From: the human T2T-CHM13v2.0 reference genome, Homo sapiens
Assembly (NCBI RefSeq): GCF_009914755.1
Contig: NC_060937.1
Strand: one strand, 5' to 3'
Length of the DNA stretch: 64,000 nucleotides
Each line of letters opens with the position of its first letter. Position 1 is the stretch's first letter. Made by a program: the position numbers and the translations under genes. This document shows, piece after piece, positions 37,896 through 52,873 of this stretch. Below the pieces are notes generated by a model, which saw nothing but the letters and a program-made list of their open reading frames with translations, made no database searches and was not told where the DNA came from.

Positions 37896-38654
37896 GTTAC
37901 AGAAACTGAAGGCATCTGAGAAGCCAACATTCTCATCTATAAAATCAAACCTTGGAAAGAGGCCTCAGGCCAGACATCAACAAAACACAGACTTATTATT
38001 TGCTTAACAGAAAGAGAGGAGTTGTTCTTTTGAGTTGTTGAAGGGTGGTGATCAGCTTTTGTACACGGTTCACTTGGAGATTACTTAGTATCTTAGTATC
38101 CAGCTTCACATGACGTTAACCAAGCATCTGTTATAGTCTTACGTGGGTTTTTTGGCCCCTTCACAGAAGAATTAACAACATTTCAATTATCCACTATGTA
38201 ACATAAAGTCAGGCACCAAGTAGATGCTCAATAAATATTTGTTTAATAAATTACACTTAATAAAGCATAAAAATAAATGGGTATCTCCAATAAGTCAAGA
38301 CCAGATGCTATCTAATGTCTGCAACAGTTATAAAAAGTTAGCAAAACTATTCACTCTGTTTTTTTGGTTTAATGTCTTTGTTGAGGGCTAATTTTTTTTT
38401 AACAGTATGGCTATAAACGCAATTTTTTTCAGCAAATTTTTAACTACAGCATTTAATATCAGAAAGCCAAGCTCAGCTAACACTTCCATGTGCCTGAGAC
38501 ATCAATGCCAGACATATTGGCCTCATTTAAACAAACAATAATTAACCTAGTCACACAAATTTTAGTAAATAGAGCTAAATTTAAGCAATCTGACAGTTTT
38601 CCCTTTCTGCTGTTATGCATTTTAGTTTGTATTTTTTATTTATCTAGAGCAGAC

Positions 38655-38792
38655 CATTTATACAGACTTCCAGAACTCGATATGCAATAGGATTGTAAAG
38701 AAATATTTATACGGACCTCCAGAAATAGATATGCAATAAGATTATAAAGAAACATTTACACAGACCTCCAGAAATAGATATGCAGTAAGATT
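38655..38792. repeat. 49-bp minisatellite, about 2.8 copies
   Basis: Units start at 38655, 38704 and 38753 (consensus CATTTATACAGACCTCCAGAAATAGATATGCAATAAGATTATAAAGAAA). Confidence 0.93.
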
Positions 38793-38801
38793 TCATATCT
38801 G

Positions 38802-39127
<326 letters not shown>

Positions 39128-39762
39128 TCATGGAGTCACAAAGTTAACTGTGAATCTGTAGAGTTCATCACATGATTAATACAGAAACGTCGAGAATCGC
39201 ATCCCTTTGAATGCTGAAACCTTCATTAACAGTAAAACTGTTAAATCTTTGCAGACAGGTAGAAAATGTGGTTCCTCACATCCAGTCTGTTGAAATTTCA
39301 GAAAGTTTAATGAACTTAAAGGAGAGCAAAGGGTCACCCTCGACAGCACTGAAGTTATTTCATCTGCTATAGAGATTTAATTAATGACTTGTTTGATTTC
39401 CCCAAACTTTAAAAATTGATATTTTCACGATCGGTTCTAGCTGACCTTGCTGCCTGCAGCAGCAGCCTCCCCAGGGCGTGCCACCCAAAACGCCAGGCTG
39501 CTTGAGGGCTCACAGCCAGACCAGCAAACACTGAGGGAAAAAACCAGCATCTCCTGATGTGTTGTGATGTAGTTTGGAGGGTGGGGAAATCCCTGGGTAG
39601 GCTCTGCTTTCATTTGCGGATGAATATTCCCTATGGAAGTAGAGAGGAAGGAAAAGGGTAGAGCCCCTAAATAATAACTAGCAAGAATCTTCCTTGCACC
39701 AGGAGAGTATGAGTCAGGGTAGTCAGGAGACAGGGCTTTTGAGCCAGAAAAATCTGGGATCA

Positions 39763-40242
<480 letters not shown>

Positions 40243-41537
40243 TCATTACAGGAAATGGCAGCAAGTTCTAGCAAGGGGGCCAGTCATTGTCATAACCTAA
40301 ATTATGATGGGAGAATTTAATCTTGCTAATACTGAGAACCTGGAACTTTGTTTTCACCATCAACTCTTTCTATACCTCTATTTGATGCCTTTGGAAACAT
40401 TTGATAATGGGAGACAAAAGGAAGACAGGGAAAGGAGAAAAGAAAAGCTGTAGGAAGGAAAAGTGTAAACTGTAAATACCTACTTGTCTTTCTTCATGAG
40501 CTTCATTTTCTCTTCTTTTAAAAGATGTTTATTTCAGGTACATGAGTTATGTAGGTTGAAAATGTCATAAACAAGAATGTACTGCTGATTCAAATGTTTT
40601 ATATTCACACATCCATGCAACTATATACAGATGAATTGACAGCTCGTTTAAAATCCAGATGAGAGAAGCTTAATGCATTTTGTTGAAGCAGGTACCATTT
40701 GGATTTATTTATGTTTAAGTGAAAAGACAGTTTATTAAAAATGTTAATTTGATAATCTTAATATTTTAGTTACATATAATGCATTTCTTTAATATTTTCT
40801 GGAAAAATGAATTCATTGACAAAATTTATTAGATAAAAGGGAATGCTTCACCTGAGCAAAATGTAGTGAGAATTCTGATAAACTATCATATATTTGGGGT
40901 GTTTTAAAGGAAGGGGTGCCCAGGAGAACTTTTATGATTCTGCTGACATGCAGCAAACAGTCACTCCCTGCTGGTGCTCTGTGGCTTCATACAAACATAG
41001 CATGTGTGTGTGTGATTGCGTGGGTGTTGGAGAGAGAGGAGTTCCCCAGAGCAAGGAATGAAAAAGATACTGCTGTACCAGGCAGCAAAACAACAAACAC
41101 CTACCTCACCATTCAGTGACCCCTGGGCAGTCAGACTCTGGGCAAAGACCAACTTTAAAGGTTTCTGAAAAGGAATAGCTGAAGGATACTTGACTCAGGT
41201 AATTCTTAATTCAGGTGAGGAATTTCCCCAGAGGTCACTAATTTGTCTTCTGCCCAGAAAAGAAAGGAATGAGAATTGCTTTCATTGAGGAAAAGAATCT
41301 TCAGAGGATGCACAGCTCTTTGGTACAGTTGTCTGCATCTCAAGAAATACATAAGCAAGTCACCTTCCACGGAAGAGTGAGGGGTAGTAATAAGAACACT
41401 AAAAGAAAGATGTTAACTTCAAAGTACTCTGCAGATGTTAACTCATTTTGCATGGCTACTTTCTGGAAATATAGAAAAACAACCAGAATTTTACTTATGA
41501 AAAAAGTTCATCAAAGCAATAGAAAACCCTGCCAACC

Positions 41538-41665
41538 TATACCATATATATATACACACACACACACTTATATGTGACGACATATATACAGACATATATT
41601 TATTAAAATCTATACTTTCATACTTATATATGAGTATATATGTATACATATGTATGTGTGTATAG
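41538..41665. repeat. (TA)/(CA)/(TATG) low-complexity repeat
   Basis: Mixed dinucleotide runs. Confidence 0.85.
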
Positions 41666-42832
41666 CTAGAAATATAGTCAGAGCCTCAAGGAAGCTGAGA
41701 AGTTCCTCATTCTGGTTTCTTGTTTGTGAAATCTATTTATGTATGATTTTGCTAATAATTTGGCAATTACTAGGTAAATTTGACCAATATGAATGGCCAA
41801 CCTAATAATTTATGTCACAAAAAACATTCTAAAGTTTGAATGATCTGTATTTCTGCCCACATTTATTTTTGAATATTGAGTTTTCTAGACATTTATTCAC
41901 TTATTACAGTGTAGACAGAAATCTATGTGCATATTTATAAGCTGTTTTCATCAAAGCTACTGCTGCCACGTAAGCCACATGCAGCCAACAACAAATGGTC
42001 AGATTACTCTCATGGAAATCATACATTAAATGCATAGAAAATCTGCAAACCTTATCTCAGACAGTGGTTTTAGTTTCTCCCCTCAGCGGATCTCTTATGA
42101 AAGCTGTTAACAGGTTGATTGGAATTTTCTATCCTCTCCACCCTCTGGTGGAAACACTAATAAGCAATGAAATGGCTAAAGCACAGTGCAGAGAGGATAA
42201 GCAAAGGCCCTGAAGACCCTCCAGCTTCATAATCACATCCTGAATAATCAGCAATTGACAGAAGGTCCACAAACAAAGTGCTTTCTCCATACTCTGCAGC
42301 AAACTGAGCAAAGACGGTGAAACCTCAATGTTACGCATACACTTGTTCTGAAGTTACTCGACAGGCTGCCTAAGGAGGTGAAATCAAAATCTGATTTGCT
42401 ATTACTGCCAGTCAGATTTCTCTGGTAGTATTAGCTATCTTTAAGACACATTTCCATGGCAACTAGTTTAAAAACATATTTACCTATAGAGCCTTTTGTG
42501 TTATGAAAGCCAGAATAACCTAAGTGGACTTTCTTGTGATAGCTCTTTGCCAACAGGACAGCGACTCTGAAGCATGGGGCTGAGTAGGACAGCCCCTCAT
42601 GTACAGGCAGTGTGGTATCTGGTGTCCTGGGCCAGACCGGCCTTCAGGGTACTGGGGAAGCCAGCTTGTTAGATTTTCTTGAGTCACCATTTCTCTCCTT
42701 GGGGCCAGCCTCGTCTGCCTCCTTCCTAGGCTTTCTCAAACCCCATTCTGCTGCTGGAGCCCTACCCCCTGTTCCAGGCTAATTTGTCCAGCCCTGCCCC
42801 AGATGCTGAGGCCAATCAGAATGTGATTGTGT

Positions 42833-44748
42833 CATGCACATGTATGTTTATTGCAGCACTATTTACAATAGCAAAGACTTGGAACCAACTCAAATGTCCA
42901 TCAATGACAGACTGGATAAACAAAATGTGGCACAAATACACCATGGAATACTATGCAGCCATAAAAAAGAATGAGTTCATGTCCTTTGCAGGGACATGGA
43001 TGAAGTGGGAAGTCATCATTCTCAACAAATTAACACAGGAACAGAAAACCAAACACCTGACTTCAAACTATACTACAAGGCTACGGTAACCAAAACAGCA
43101 TGGTACTGGTACCAAAGCAGTGATACAGACCAATGGAACAGAACAGAGCCCTCAGAAATAATACCACACGTCTACAACTATCTGATCTTTGACAAATCTG
43201 ACAAAAACAAGAAATGGGGAAAGGATTCCCTATTTAACAAATGGTGCTGGGAAAACTGGCTAGCCATATGCAGAAAGCTGAAACTGGATTCCTTCCTTAC
43301 ACCTTATACAAAAATTAATTCAAGATGGATTAAAGACTTAAATGTTAGACCTAAAACCATAAAAACCCTAGAAGAAAACCAAGGCAATACCATTCAGGAC
43401 ATAGGCATGAGCAAGGACTTCATGTCTAAAACACCAAAAGCAATGGCAACAAAAGCCAAAATTGACAAATGGGATCTAATTAAACTAAAGAGCTTCTGCA
43501 CAGCAAAAGAAACTACCACCAGAGTGAACAGGCAACCTACAGAATGGGAGAAAATTTTTGCAATCTACTCATCTGACAAAGGGCTAATATCCAGAATCTA
43601 CAAAGAACTTAAACAAATTTACAAGAAAAAAAAAAACAACCTCATCAAAAATTGGGCGAAGGATATGAACAGACACTTCTCAAAAGAAGACATTTATGCA
43701 GCCAAAAGACATCTGAAAAAATACTCATCATCACTGGCCATCAGAGAAATGCAAATCAAAACCACAATGAGATACCATCTCACACCAGTTAGAATGGCAA
43801 TCATTAAAAATTCAGGAAACAACAGGTGCTGGAGAGGATGTGGAGAAATAGGAACACTTTTACACTGTTAGTAGGACTGTAAACTAGTTCAACCATTGTG
43901 GAAGACAGTGTGGCGATTCCTCAGGGATCTAGAAAGAAATACCATTTGACCCAGCCATCCCATTACTGGGTATATACCCAAAGGATTATAAATCATGCTG
44001 CTATAAAGACACATGCACACGTATGTTTATTGCGGCACTATTCACAATAGCAAAGACTTGGAACCAACCCAAATGTCCATCAATGATAGACTGGATTAAG
44101 AAAATGTGGCACATACACCGTGGAATACTATGCAGCCATAAAAAATGATGAGTTCATGTCTTTTGTAGGGGCATGGATGAAGCTGGAAACCATCATTCTC
44201 AGCAAACTATCACAAGGACAAAAAACCAAACACTGCATGTTCTCACTCATAGGTGGGAACTGAACAATGAGAACACTTGGACACAGGAAGGGGAACATCA
44301 CACACCGGGGCCTGTTGTGGGATCGCGGGAGGGGGGAGGGATGGCATTAGGAGATATACCTAATGTAAATGACGACTTAATGGGTGCAGCACACCGACAT
44401 GGCACGTGTATACATATGTAACAAACCTGCATGTTGTGCACATGTACCCTAGAACTTAAAGTATAATAAAAAAATTAAAATAATAATAATAAAAAAAGAA
44501 AACCAAACACTGCATGTTCTCACTCATAAGTGGGAGTTGAACAATGAGAACACATGGACACAGGGAAGGGAACATCACATACCAGGGCCTGTTGGGGGTT
44601 GGTGGACAAGAGGAGGGAGAGCATTAGGAAAAATACCTAATGCATGCAAGGCTTAAAACCTGGATGATGGGTTGATGGGTGCAGCGAGCCACCATGGCAC
44701 ATGTATACCTATGTGACAAGCCTGAGCATTCTGCATATCTTTATATAT
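42833..44748 (+). mobile_element. Older L1PA (about PA8-PA10) 3' fragment, split into 42833-43056 and 44497-44740
   Basis: ORF2 C-terminal coding sequence (CTCMFIAALFTIAKTWNQ...) continues after the insert into a 3'UTR with GCATTAGGAAAAATACCTAATGCATG...GCTTAAAACCT; 15-bp TSD AGA(A/G)TGTGATTGTGT at 42818-42832 and 44749-44763. Confidence 0.88.
43057..44496 (+). mobile_element. 5'-truncated younger L1PA (about PA5) with an ORF2 C-terminal remnant, nested in the older L1
   Basis: Frame [18 protein letters not shown]...[15 protein letters not shown] ends at a premature TAG at 43869-43871; L1PA 3'UTR and A-rich tail; 14-bp TSD AGAAAACCAAACAC at 43043-43056 and 44497-44510. Confidence 0.96.
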
Positions 44749-46104
44749 AGAGTGTGATTGTGTTATAGGCAAAGGACAAAACCCTCTTTGCTCCATTAAA
44801 AAAAATAAGGAGGAAGAAATGCTCAGGTACCTTATATTTCGTAACTTGCCTCTTTGTGATTGCCATTTCAGCTTTGGGCTGAGACTTAATCCAGGGACAC
44901 TGGCACTTCTGTATTGTTATCCTTTTATAAGAGAAATCATGAATTTTCTGTAGAGGTGACTGTTGGGGCAAGACCAGCAATGGCCCACTCTTAAGGCCAA
45001 AGTAGGACATTAACCCAGCTTTTGACCAGAGCTGGGTCCATATGTAGAATACTTTGACAGGGGGCCTACGATGTGATGATTTGGCTGCAGCAATAGGGAC
45101 CCCCAACCAAAGTGTATCATCTCCCCTGCCACTGAGAGGCTGCAGATTCCTACTCCTTCAGTTTTATTTCATTTCTTATTTTGTTCAGTTTCATTATCTT
45201 CTAAATGAGATGTATATCTGCAAGCATCAAATCCTTTTGGAATTAAGGGAAGAAAACTTCAAGATTCCAATTTCAAATGATGGATACACCAATTACAAGC
45301 AATTTTTTTTCTCTTTAAACAAGCTATTCCTATTAGTTTATCAAAAGAAGTTTCCTACAAACGTTTAGTGAACACAGTTGATTATCTGGTTTCTAGTAAT
45401 ATGGTTCTAGTACTATGTGCCCTTGAATAGAGGCAAACCACGCTTAAGGCTAGACTATGTCCACTATCTCAATTGGGAACTATCTGGCTATGCAAGCTAG
45501 GCTGTTGCAGAGAGCCCACAAGCAGTTCGTTTACATGAATTGACTCTCTGGGGCTCTTAGTTGAAAGGCATGTACACTTGCATAGTAAGTGATGGGGAGA
45601 GGGGAGGCATGAGTCTTAGAATCTGCTTCCTTGGCAGCCTCATAGAGGTTATTTGAAGACAGAACCTGAAGGAGCTATTTTCAGCAGTGATTCTCTGAGA
45701 CTGTGAGCTCTTGTCTCATTAGATGACTCATTAGGTGACAGTATGTAGGGAAGGGTAAGGAAAAAGTCTTCCTTCTTCATGAAGCATCTCGTGACTTTAC
45801 GTCTTCGAGGAAGGAAGAACATGGAAGGTGGTTGCCACTGAGTGGTAGTTGGGATGCATGCATGAGCACGTGCGTGCATGGGACTTACAGATTTGGGAAT
45901 CCCAGAGAAAATCATGGAGAAGGGACAATGTGGGGACCAGACAGGGTGCCTGGCAATACAGAAGAGTGAGGCTTAAAGATTCAGCCAAATAGGGTTTATT
46001 GCAATGAAAGTGGCAGCATTTGTATTCATAAGCTGATACTGCCATGAAACATTTCAGCTATCTTTAAAAATAGTAAAACTAATTTTTAAAATATTTGAAA
46101 GGGG

Positions 46105-46830
46105 ATAATATGGTAGAAAGAACATAGGCTTTCAATCAGCACTGAATTCAAACTCTGTCTCTGCCAATTATTACCTGTATGACTTTGGACACATTATGTA
46201 ATGTGACAGATGCCACACAATTACCAAAACCCATTTCATCTCCCTACTGAAAACCCAACTCTGTGATGTCTTCCAGCCTCTCTGGCAGCCTAAAGTGTCT
46301 GTGTGACTAAGCTCTGGCAAATGCACTGTGGACAGAAGTGATATATGTCACTTCCAGGTCTAGGCCATTAAAACATCTTGTGCCCTGGAAGCTTGCCTTA
46401 ATTTGAACATCAATCTGAAATGTATATAACTCAGAAAAGTCAAGCTGAAATCTAATTTTGTCTCACCTATAAAGCCTTTATTGATTGTATAAACAGTATT
46501 TCTAACAGGAACATTCAGAGGATTCAGTTGAAGACTTTACGTCCTTAAAGGGTGGCAGAGCCCAGAGCCCTTACTGGTCAACAGAGGGCCACTTGCCAGC
46601 CAGAGACATTTGCATTAGACTCTATAGGAGCAAGAAATTGACTTTTATTCTCTTAAACCACTAAGATTGGGACTAATGTGATACAGCAATTAGTATCATT
46701 TACATTAGCTAATCTACCTGAATTTCCATTTCTTCTCATTCAAAAAGAAAGAATATGATTTAACTTACAGGGTAATTTAAGAATCAATGATAGAATCTGG
46801 CTCACAGTAATTGCTAAATAAATAGTAGAT
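46105..46830 (+). mobile_element. MIR interrupted by an MLT1 (I/J-like) MaLR LTR at about 46202-46715
   Basis: MIR 5' part (AGGCTTT...AATTCAAACTCTGTCTCTGCCA...CTGTATGACTTTGGACA) resumes after the LTR; the LTR has CCAGCCTC.CT.GCAG...GTGACTAAG.TCTGGC.AATG...CAGAAGTGAT..ATGTCACTTCCAGG and AAGCCACTAAGATT-like motifs. Confidence 0.7.
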
Positions 46831-46868
46831 ATTATTATATAATATTTTATTTAGGTTGTCCCTTTAGA

Positions 46869-46893
46869 TCTCTCTCTCTCTCTCTGTCTCTCT
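46869..46893. repeat. (CT)n microsatellite
   Basis: TC run with one interruption. Confidence 0.9.
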
Positions 46894-47052
46894 CCCTCAT
46901 GGTTGGTGAGTTAATAAGTGTTTTTACCCCATGTGGAGGAAAATAAATCATATTTATGAAAGCAAAAACAGAGCATCAGTCTTTAATGGGGAAACAGCAA
47001 TTTGATGAACTACTACAGGCATCATTTGCAAGATATGTGATTATGGATACCA

Positions 47053-47190
47053 ATCTTAAGTTTTCTGAGCCTCAGTTTCCTCACTTATAAAGCAGGTATA
47101 AGAACCTATACCCCACAGAGGATAAGAAAGGATAAAATGAGGAAGCCAAATGTAAAAGCATCTCATAGACTTTGGAATTTAATGAAAACA
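47053..47190 (+). mobile_element. MIR relic
   Basis: TTCTGAGCCTCAGTTTCCTCACTTATAAA core. Confidence 0.75.
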
Positions 47191-48004
47191 TATAATACTA
47201 TTATTATAGATTATCATTTTAAGTCCACAAAACCAAATAGGATTAATACAAACATTATTATCTAACATGGCATTTAATTTCCCACTGGACCACCAATGCT
47301 GGTGCATTTTATTGTGATGTCTTTAATGTGGGTGGATGTGTTACTAACATTACCTTTCTGTTTCCTCATGTGTTTAAGTTGATGAACCAACTACGTTCAT
47401 GTATTTGCAATTTTCTAGTTTCTGTTTTAAATGAGGAAGAAAAGACATTGCTAGCAATAAATCATGTATGGCCAAGCTGGATCTGACAGGTCAGGAAAAC
47501 ATAAGATTTTTGCTTTATTTCTGTCATTGAAATACCCTTTGGAGAGAGATGCCTTGGGAGCTGGTACTTTATTACGATCAAACCAAATCCTAGCAGATGT
47601 CAGTTTAACCAGGCTTGCAGGGAATCTATGATCCACTTTAAACTTTTCAATATATTCTCTTAATTTCACAATTTATAACCTCTGAATACTCCTCAGGTGA
47701 ACTTTATGATTGTGAATTTAAGGTTATCAAGAAGTCAAGCTATTCCTGGAATAGTGTTTGGTATGTTCCTCAGCCACACCATGTCACACACAGAGGGGCC
47801 TGTTCTTCTCCAGATGGAGGGTCAAAACTCAGAGTATTTCAAATAGTATGCCTGGGCCTGAAGGAAGAAAGCTGCAGTCCCTAAGGGACCTCCTAGTGTC
47901 TTAAAGGGGATTGAGGAAACTATTCAGTGGGTGGTATTTGGAGCTGTGTGAAGGAGAGTGAAAGGTAAACACTTTCAGTTAATAATTCAACAAAAATATA
48001 TGGA

Positions 48005-48548
48005 ATCTTAACCAAGTGACCAAGGTTGACATCACAATTGATGTCATGTGAATCTCATGACCCCTGTGCTTGATGTGATGAGAACGGCACTGCACCACTG
48101 TGGTATTTTTCAAAACTCAACCCCCTCATATAATAATGTGTCAGGAATGAGACAAACTCGAAGTGAGGAGCATTCTGCAAAATGCGTGGCCCAGTACCTT
48201 TCAAAACTGTTATTGACCATGAAAGACATGGAAATATGGAGAAACTGTCACAGGCCAGAAGAGACTGAGAAAATGTGACAACAAATGCAATGTGGTATCC
48301 TAGATTGGATCTGGAAATAGAACAATGTCATTAGTGGAAAAACTGGTGAAATGCAAATATAGTCTGGAGTTTGGCCAAGAGGAATGTGAGATGATGGCTT
48401 CTTCATTTTGACAAATGTGCCATGGCAGAGTAAGATGATAACATTTGGGGACACTAAAGCTGAGTGAGAGGCATGTGGAAGCTCTTTGTACCATCTTTGT
48501 AATTTCTCAGTAAATCTAAAGTATTCAAAATTGTATTTATAAAAAAAG
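48005..48548 (+). mobile_element. L1MC4/5-type terminal 3'UTR
   Basis: ACCAAGTGACCAAGGTT.ACATCAC...GAGAAACTGTCACAG.CCAGA.GAGACT...ACAAATGCAATGTGGTATCCT.GATTGGATC...TTAGTGGAAAAACTGGTGAAAT...TAAATCTAAA. Confidence 0.8.
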
Positions 48549-49541
48549 CATATACAATCTTAATACATACATAGAATAAAAACAATATTTCAATAAATTT
48601 TAAAATAATTTTTATAAATAAAACTTTTAGTAATACATTAAAATAAATTTAAATAAATATATATTTTCAATAAATACATTTTTCTTTATATATGTAGAAG
48701 AATCTAACATTCTGGAAAGATAGTGGTGACAAAGCAACTCAGTAGTAAAACCAAAAACCAATGGAAAAAAATTATAATAAATCTAGGTGACACATTATCT
48801 CTATCAACCCCAAAATGCCAGAGGTGGAGATGAATCACCAACAGCCAGCCGATCTGCAGGCTACCAGAATCTGTGCAAGAGGAAGCAGAGGCAAGCGACT
48901 GATGGATCTGTGGATAGGAAAACCCCGAAAGGGCCAACAGGTGTTTACTGCAAAGCATGACCAACTAATATGAAAGCAGCTGAAACTGACAGAGGTTTTC
49001 CTAATGTAATAGTGGGTGCGTTTGTGCCAGGAGCCCTCAGTAGGGTGTGAAGGGTCGGGAAGAGTCAGACATATGAACTCCCCAGGCTGACACACCTACC
49101 AGGGCTCCCCTCCATAACAAAGCCATCTGCTGGGGAAAAACTGCTAGGAGTGAAATTAAAATTGACCAAGGCAAAGACAATTAAGATGAAAGAAAGAGAA
49201 GATCCAAATAAAAGTAGGACAAAAGAATAGAGTCAGAAAATCTCAGTAAGCTGCCCTATTTGCTAATACTATTCCAAAAAAAAAAAAAAAATCAACAGAA
49301 GAGGATGTTCTATGGAATTTTAAAAAAAAAACTAGCCTGTTCCACAAATTTTTCTGTAATTTCAAAAGAAAATAAGTTATCAAAACTATCACAGACACAT
49401 CCCGAGCAAAGCTATTATGAGATAAATAAGAATAAGGAGTAGAATAACATCCATACAGACAGTAAAATGATGCCAGAAAGTCAGGCTGACCAAGCAGATC
49501 AAATTTTATCTATTTCAAAATGAGTTAAAAGACTTTGATTA

Positions 49542-50267
<726 letters not shown>

Positions 50268-50640
50268 CTAGTAAAATTACCAAACTTTAGTGATAAATAA
50301 AAAAGGTCGTTTGACTATCTAGTCAGACAGAGAAAGTGACTTACAAAGGAAATATGATTATCATCAGGCTTTTAACACTGCTGGTTTTACCAGAAGATAG
50401 AATGACATATTTACACTCAAAGAAAGAAAATATGAACAAATGTTTTCCATACAGCTGAACTGACTTTCTGGTATAAATTGTTTACAATGTATTATAAACA
50501 TGCATAATATTGCTTCCATGAGATCTTCCTGAAGAAACTTTAGAAAGCAAGTTTAAGGTAATAAAAATGACTGGAGACATTGACATAAGGACTGGGGATG
50601 CAATAAATATATAGTTACCTGAAAAATTAAGATTAAATGA

Positions 50641-50928
50641 GGCTGGGTGCAGTGGCTCACACCTGTAATCCCAGTATTTTGGGAGGCTGAAGCAAGTGGA
50701 TCACTTGAGGTCAGGAGTTCAAGGCCAGCCTGGGCAACATGGCGAAACCCCGTCTCTACTAAAAACACAAAAATTAGCTGGGTGTGGTGGTGTGCACCTG
50801 TAATTTTGGGTGGCTGAGGCATGAGAATCTCTTGAACCTGGGAGGCAGAGGTGGCGGCGAGCCAAGATTGCACCACTGCACTACAGCCTGGGTGACAGAG
50901 CAACACTAGGTCTCAAAAAAAAAAAAAA
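50641..50928 (+). mobile_element. AluS-type SINE
   Basis: Full dimer with a small right-arm deletion; TSD AAGATTAAATGA at 50629-50640 and 50929-50940. Confidence 0.96.
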
Positions 50929-51939
50929 AAGATTAAATGAGAGCTGAGAAGTAAAATAATTATGAAAAAGAAGAGTGTCTAATGTCTATATGCTTTGACA
51001 ACTACTACTATAAAAATATGAGAGGAGGGGAATTGGGAGAACAAAGGCAAAATGTTTAAGTGTTTTCAGTAATTGCATTGATAGTGATGGTATTTGTGTG
51101 GATATTCTGGATTGTAAGCGGGGAGCGTGAGGTAGAGCAAATGACTATTTACAGGATATTTCAGTTCTATTATTCTCTCATCCTTGGGAAACAGAATTTT
51201 CTGTATTAAAGAGTAGAACCCCCATAGTCTTAAATTTTAATTGGAAATGTCAGAATGTGAAGCATTTTGTCTTTTCAAAAGTTTCTATTTTTTAGCTCTG
51301 TCCACTAAAAAAACCTTAAGAAATGACAAACCCAGAAGCAATAAACATCTCTTAGTGCACAGATTGTGATCCTGTGATTCTCATTAAAAGAAACCAATAC
51401 TTTTTGGAGAATAACTGATTTGGAGAATGGTCCTAAAACACCTTTTCATAGAAGATAGCAAGAAAGCAAACAAAAACTGCTACGATGCAGGGGCTAACTT
51501 GAAGAGGCTTACATGGGACAAATAAGAAACAATCTGTGCTCCAAAAAGGCCAATAGTAGGTATTGATTAAACCTGCCAAATATATTTATAGTCATGAGTC
51601 CGTTATCGTATAAAAAATTGTTACCTTTGGAGAATGTTAGCTACTAAGTTCATTTATTTCCTGGTAAATAAATGGATAGTATCCATCATATACTCCCTTT
51701 TGTAGAAAAACTTTAATGATTAACCAAATAGTAGATGAAGAACAGTGTCTCTTTATAGAATTATTCCAACTAATTAAATAAAATAAAAGAATTTGAAAAT
51801 CACGATTTTGCAACCTTCAATGAATTAATGTGTCTAGGCATTGAACATCATCAAAAGAGAGACAAATAGACATTTTTTGCCTCAGGATGAAAGCAGATAA
51901 CATCATCTATCATCCTGACAATGATTGTTGACACTGGGC

Positions 51940-52070
51940 TGTGTTGTAGACAAAATTAAGGTCTGTAAAAATGTTTATGTCCTAACTCCCAGAATCTGTG
52001 GATGTGTTACCTTTATGTGACAATAGACACTTTGCAGATGTGATTAAGGGTCTTAAGATAGGAAGGCTAC
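51940..52070 (+). mobile_element. MLT1 (C/D-like) LTR 5' fragment
   Basis: ATGTCCTAA.TCCCAGAA.CTGTG.ATGTGTTACCTT...GAC.TTTGCAGATGTGATTAAG. Confidence 0.75.
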
Positions 52071-52873
52071 TAGTGAAAATGTGCTGGAAAGATAGAATGT
52101 CATCAGAGATGAGATGCATGGAATAGAATTATGGGGAACTGCAATCATTGGTGTAGACTCTCTCAATCAGGGATCCCTGAGAGAAGTCAGCCCTAGTGCC
52201 TTAGGGCATCTAAAATATGTAATGAATAAAACTCACTCCTAAGGAGAGAATATCTTCTGAAGTCTCAGGCCCGGGTGATATAAGTCCCAGGGAGGAGGAC
52301 CTCATTTCTCATCTCCTCTCCATAGTTGAATGTGCCTGGGGCACCAGTGATTTTCCAGGACTTTATTTTTATCAGAGGCCTTTCTTTACCTCTCCCTGCT
52401 CCCGGGCTCTGCCAAAGACTTTGGGAAAGAAAGGATGACTTGCATGGCCCACCCTGAGTGGAATTAATATCAATATCTCCAAGATTACCATTTTTCCTGA
52501 ATTCCCTATAGGCAAATATGATTCCATTGTACAGGTCCTAAAACCAGAGTACAGAGAGCTAAAACAATGGAGCAAAGATCATAATGGAGAAGTAGAGACA
52601 GAGGCAAGCCTAGAAAGTACATATTCAGGCTGATAGCAGGAATTTGAGTTTTCCATTACTCAAGGACAGTAGCTGTGTTTGTTTGTGCTGCCTTGTGCAG
52701 TTCCTATAAAGTACCCCCTGCACTAGGTCTTTCTTGAATGTGTAGGTAATGTTGAGAGCTGGATCTGAAAGGACCCTCCCCATCTGTCAGCCTAGCTCTC
52801 TTCCAGTCCCCACACAGTGCCTTTGCATTAAGTTTTATCTTCAGTATGTCTGTATTCAAATGCAAATAGGAAG

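Noticed and set aside
38655-38792. 49-bp repeats as a CRISPR-like array
   Set aside because: Units are contiguous with no unique spacers; it is a minisatellite.
42996-43871. Longest ORF (291 aa) as a gene
   Set aside because: Chance chimera: out-of-frame ATG leader from the outer L1 fused to a truncated ORF2 piece of the inner L1, ending at a premature stop; no promoter evidence.
48549-48695. Extremely AT-rich stretch as an origin or matrix-attachment region
   Set aside because: Most simply a decayed L1 A-tail; sequence alone gives no support for function.
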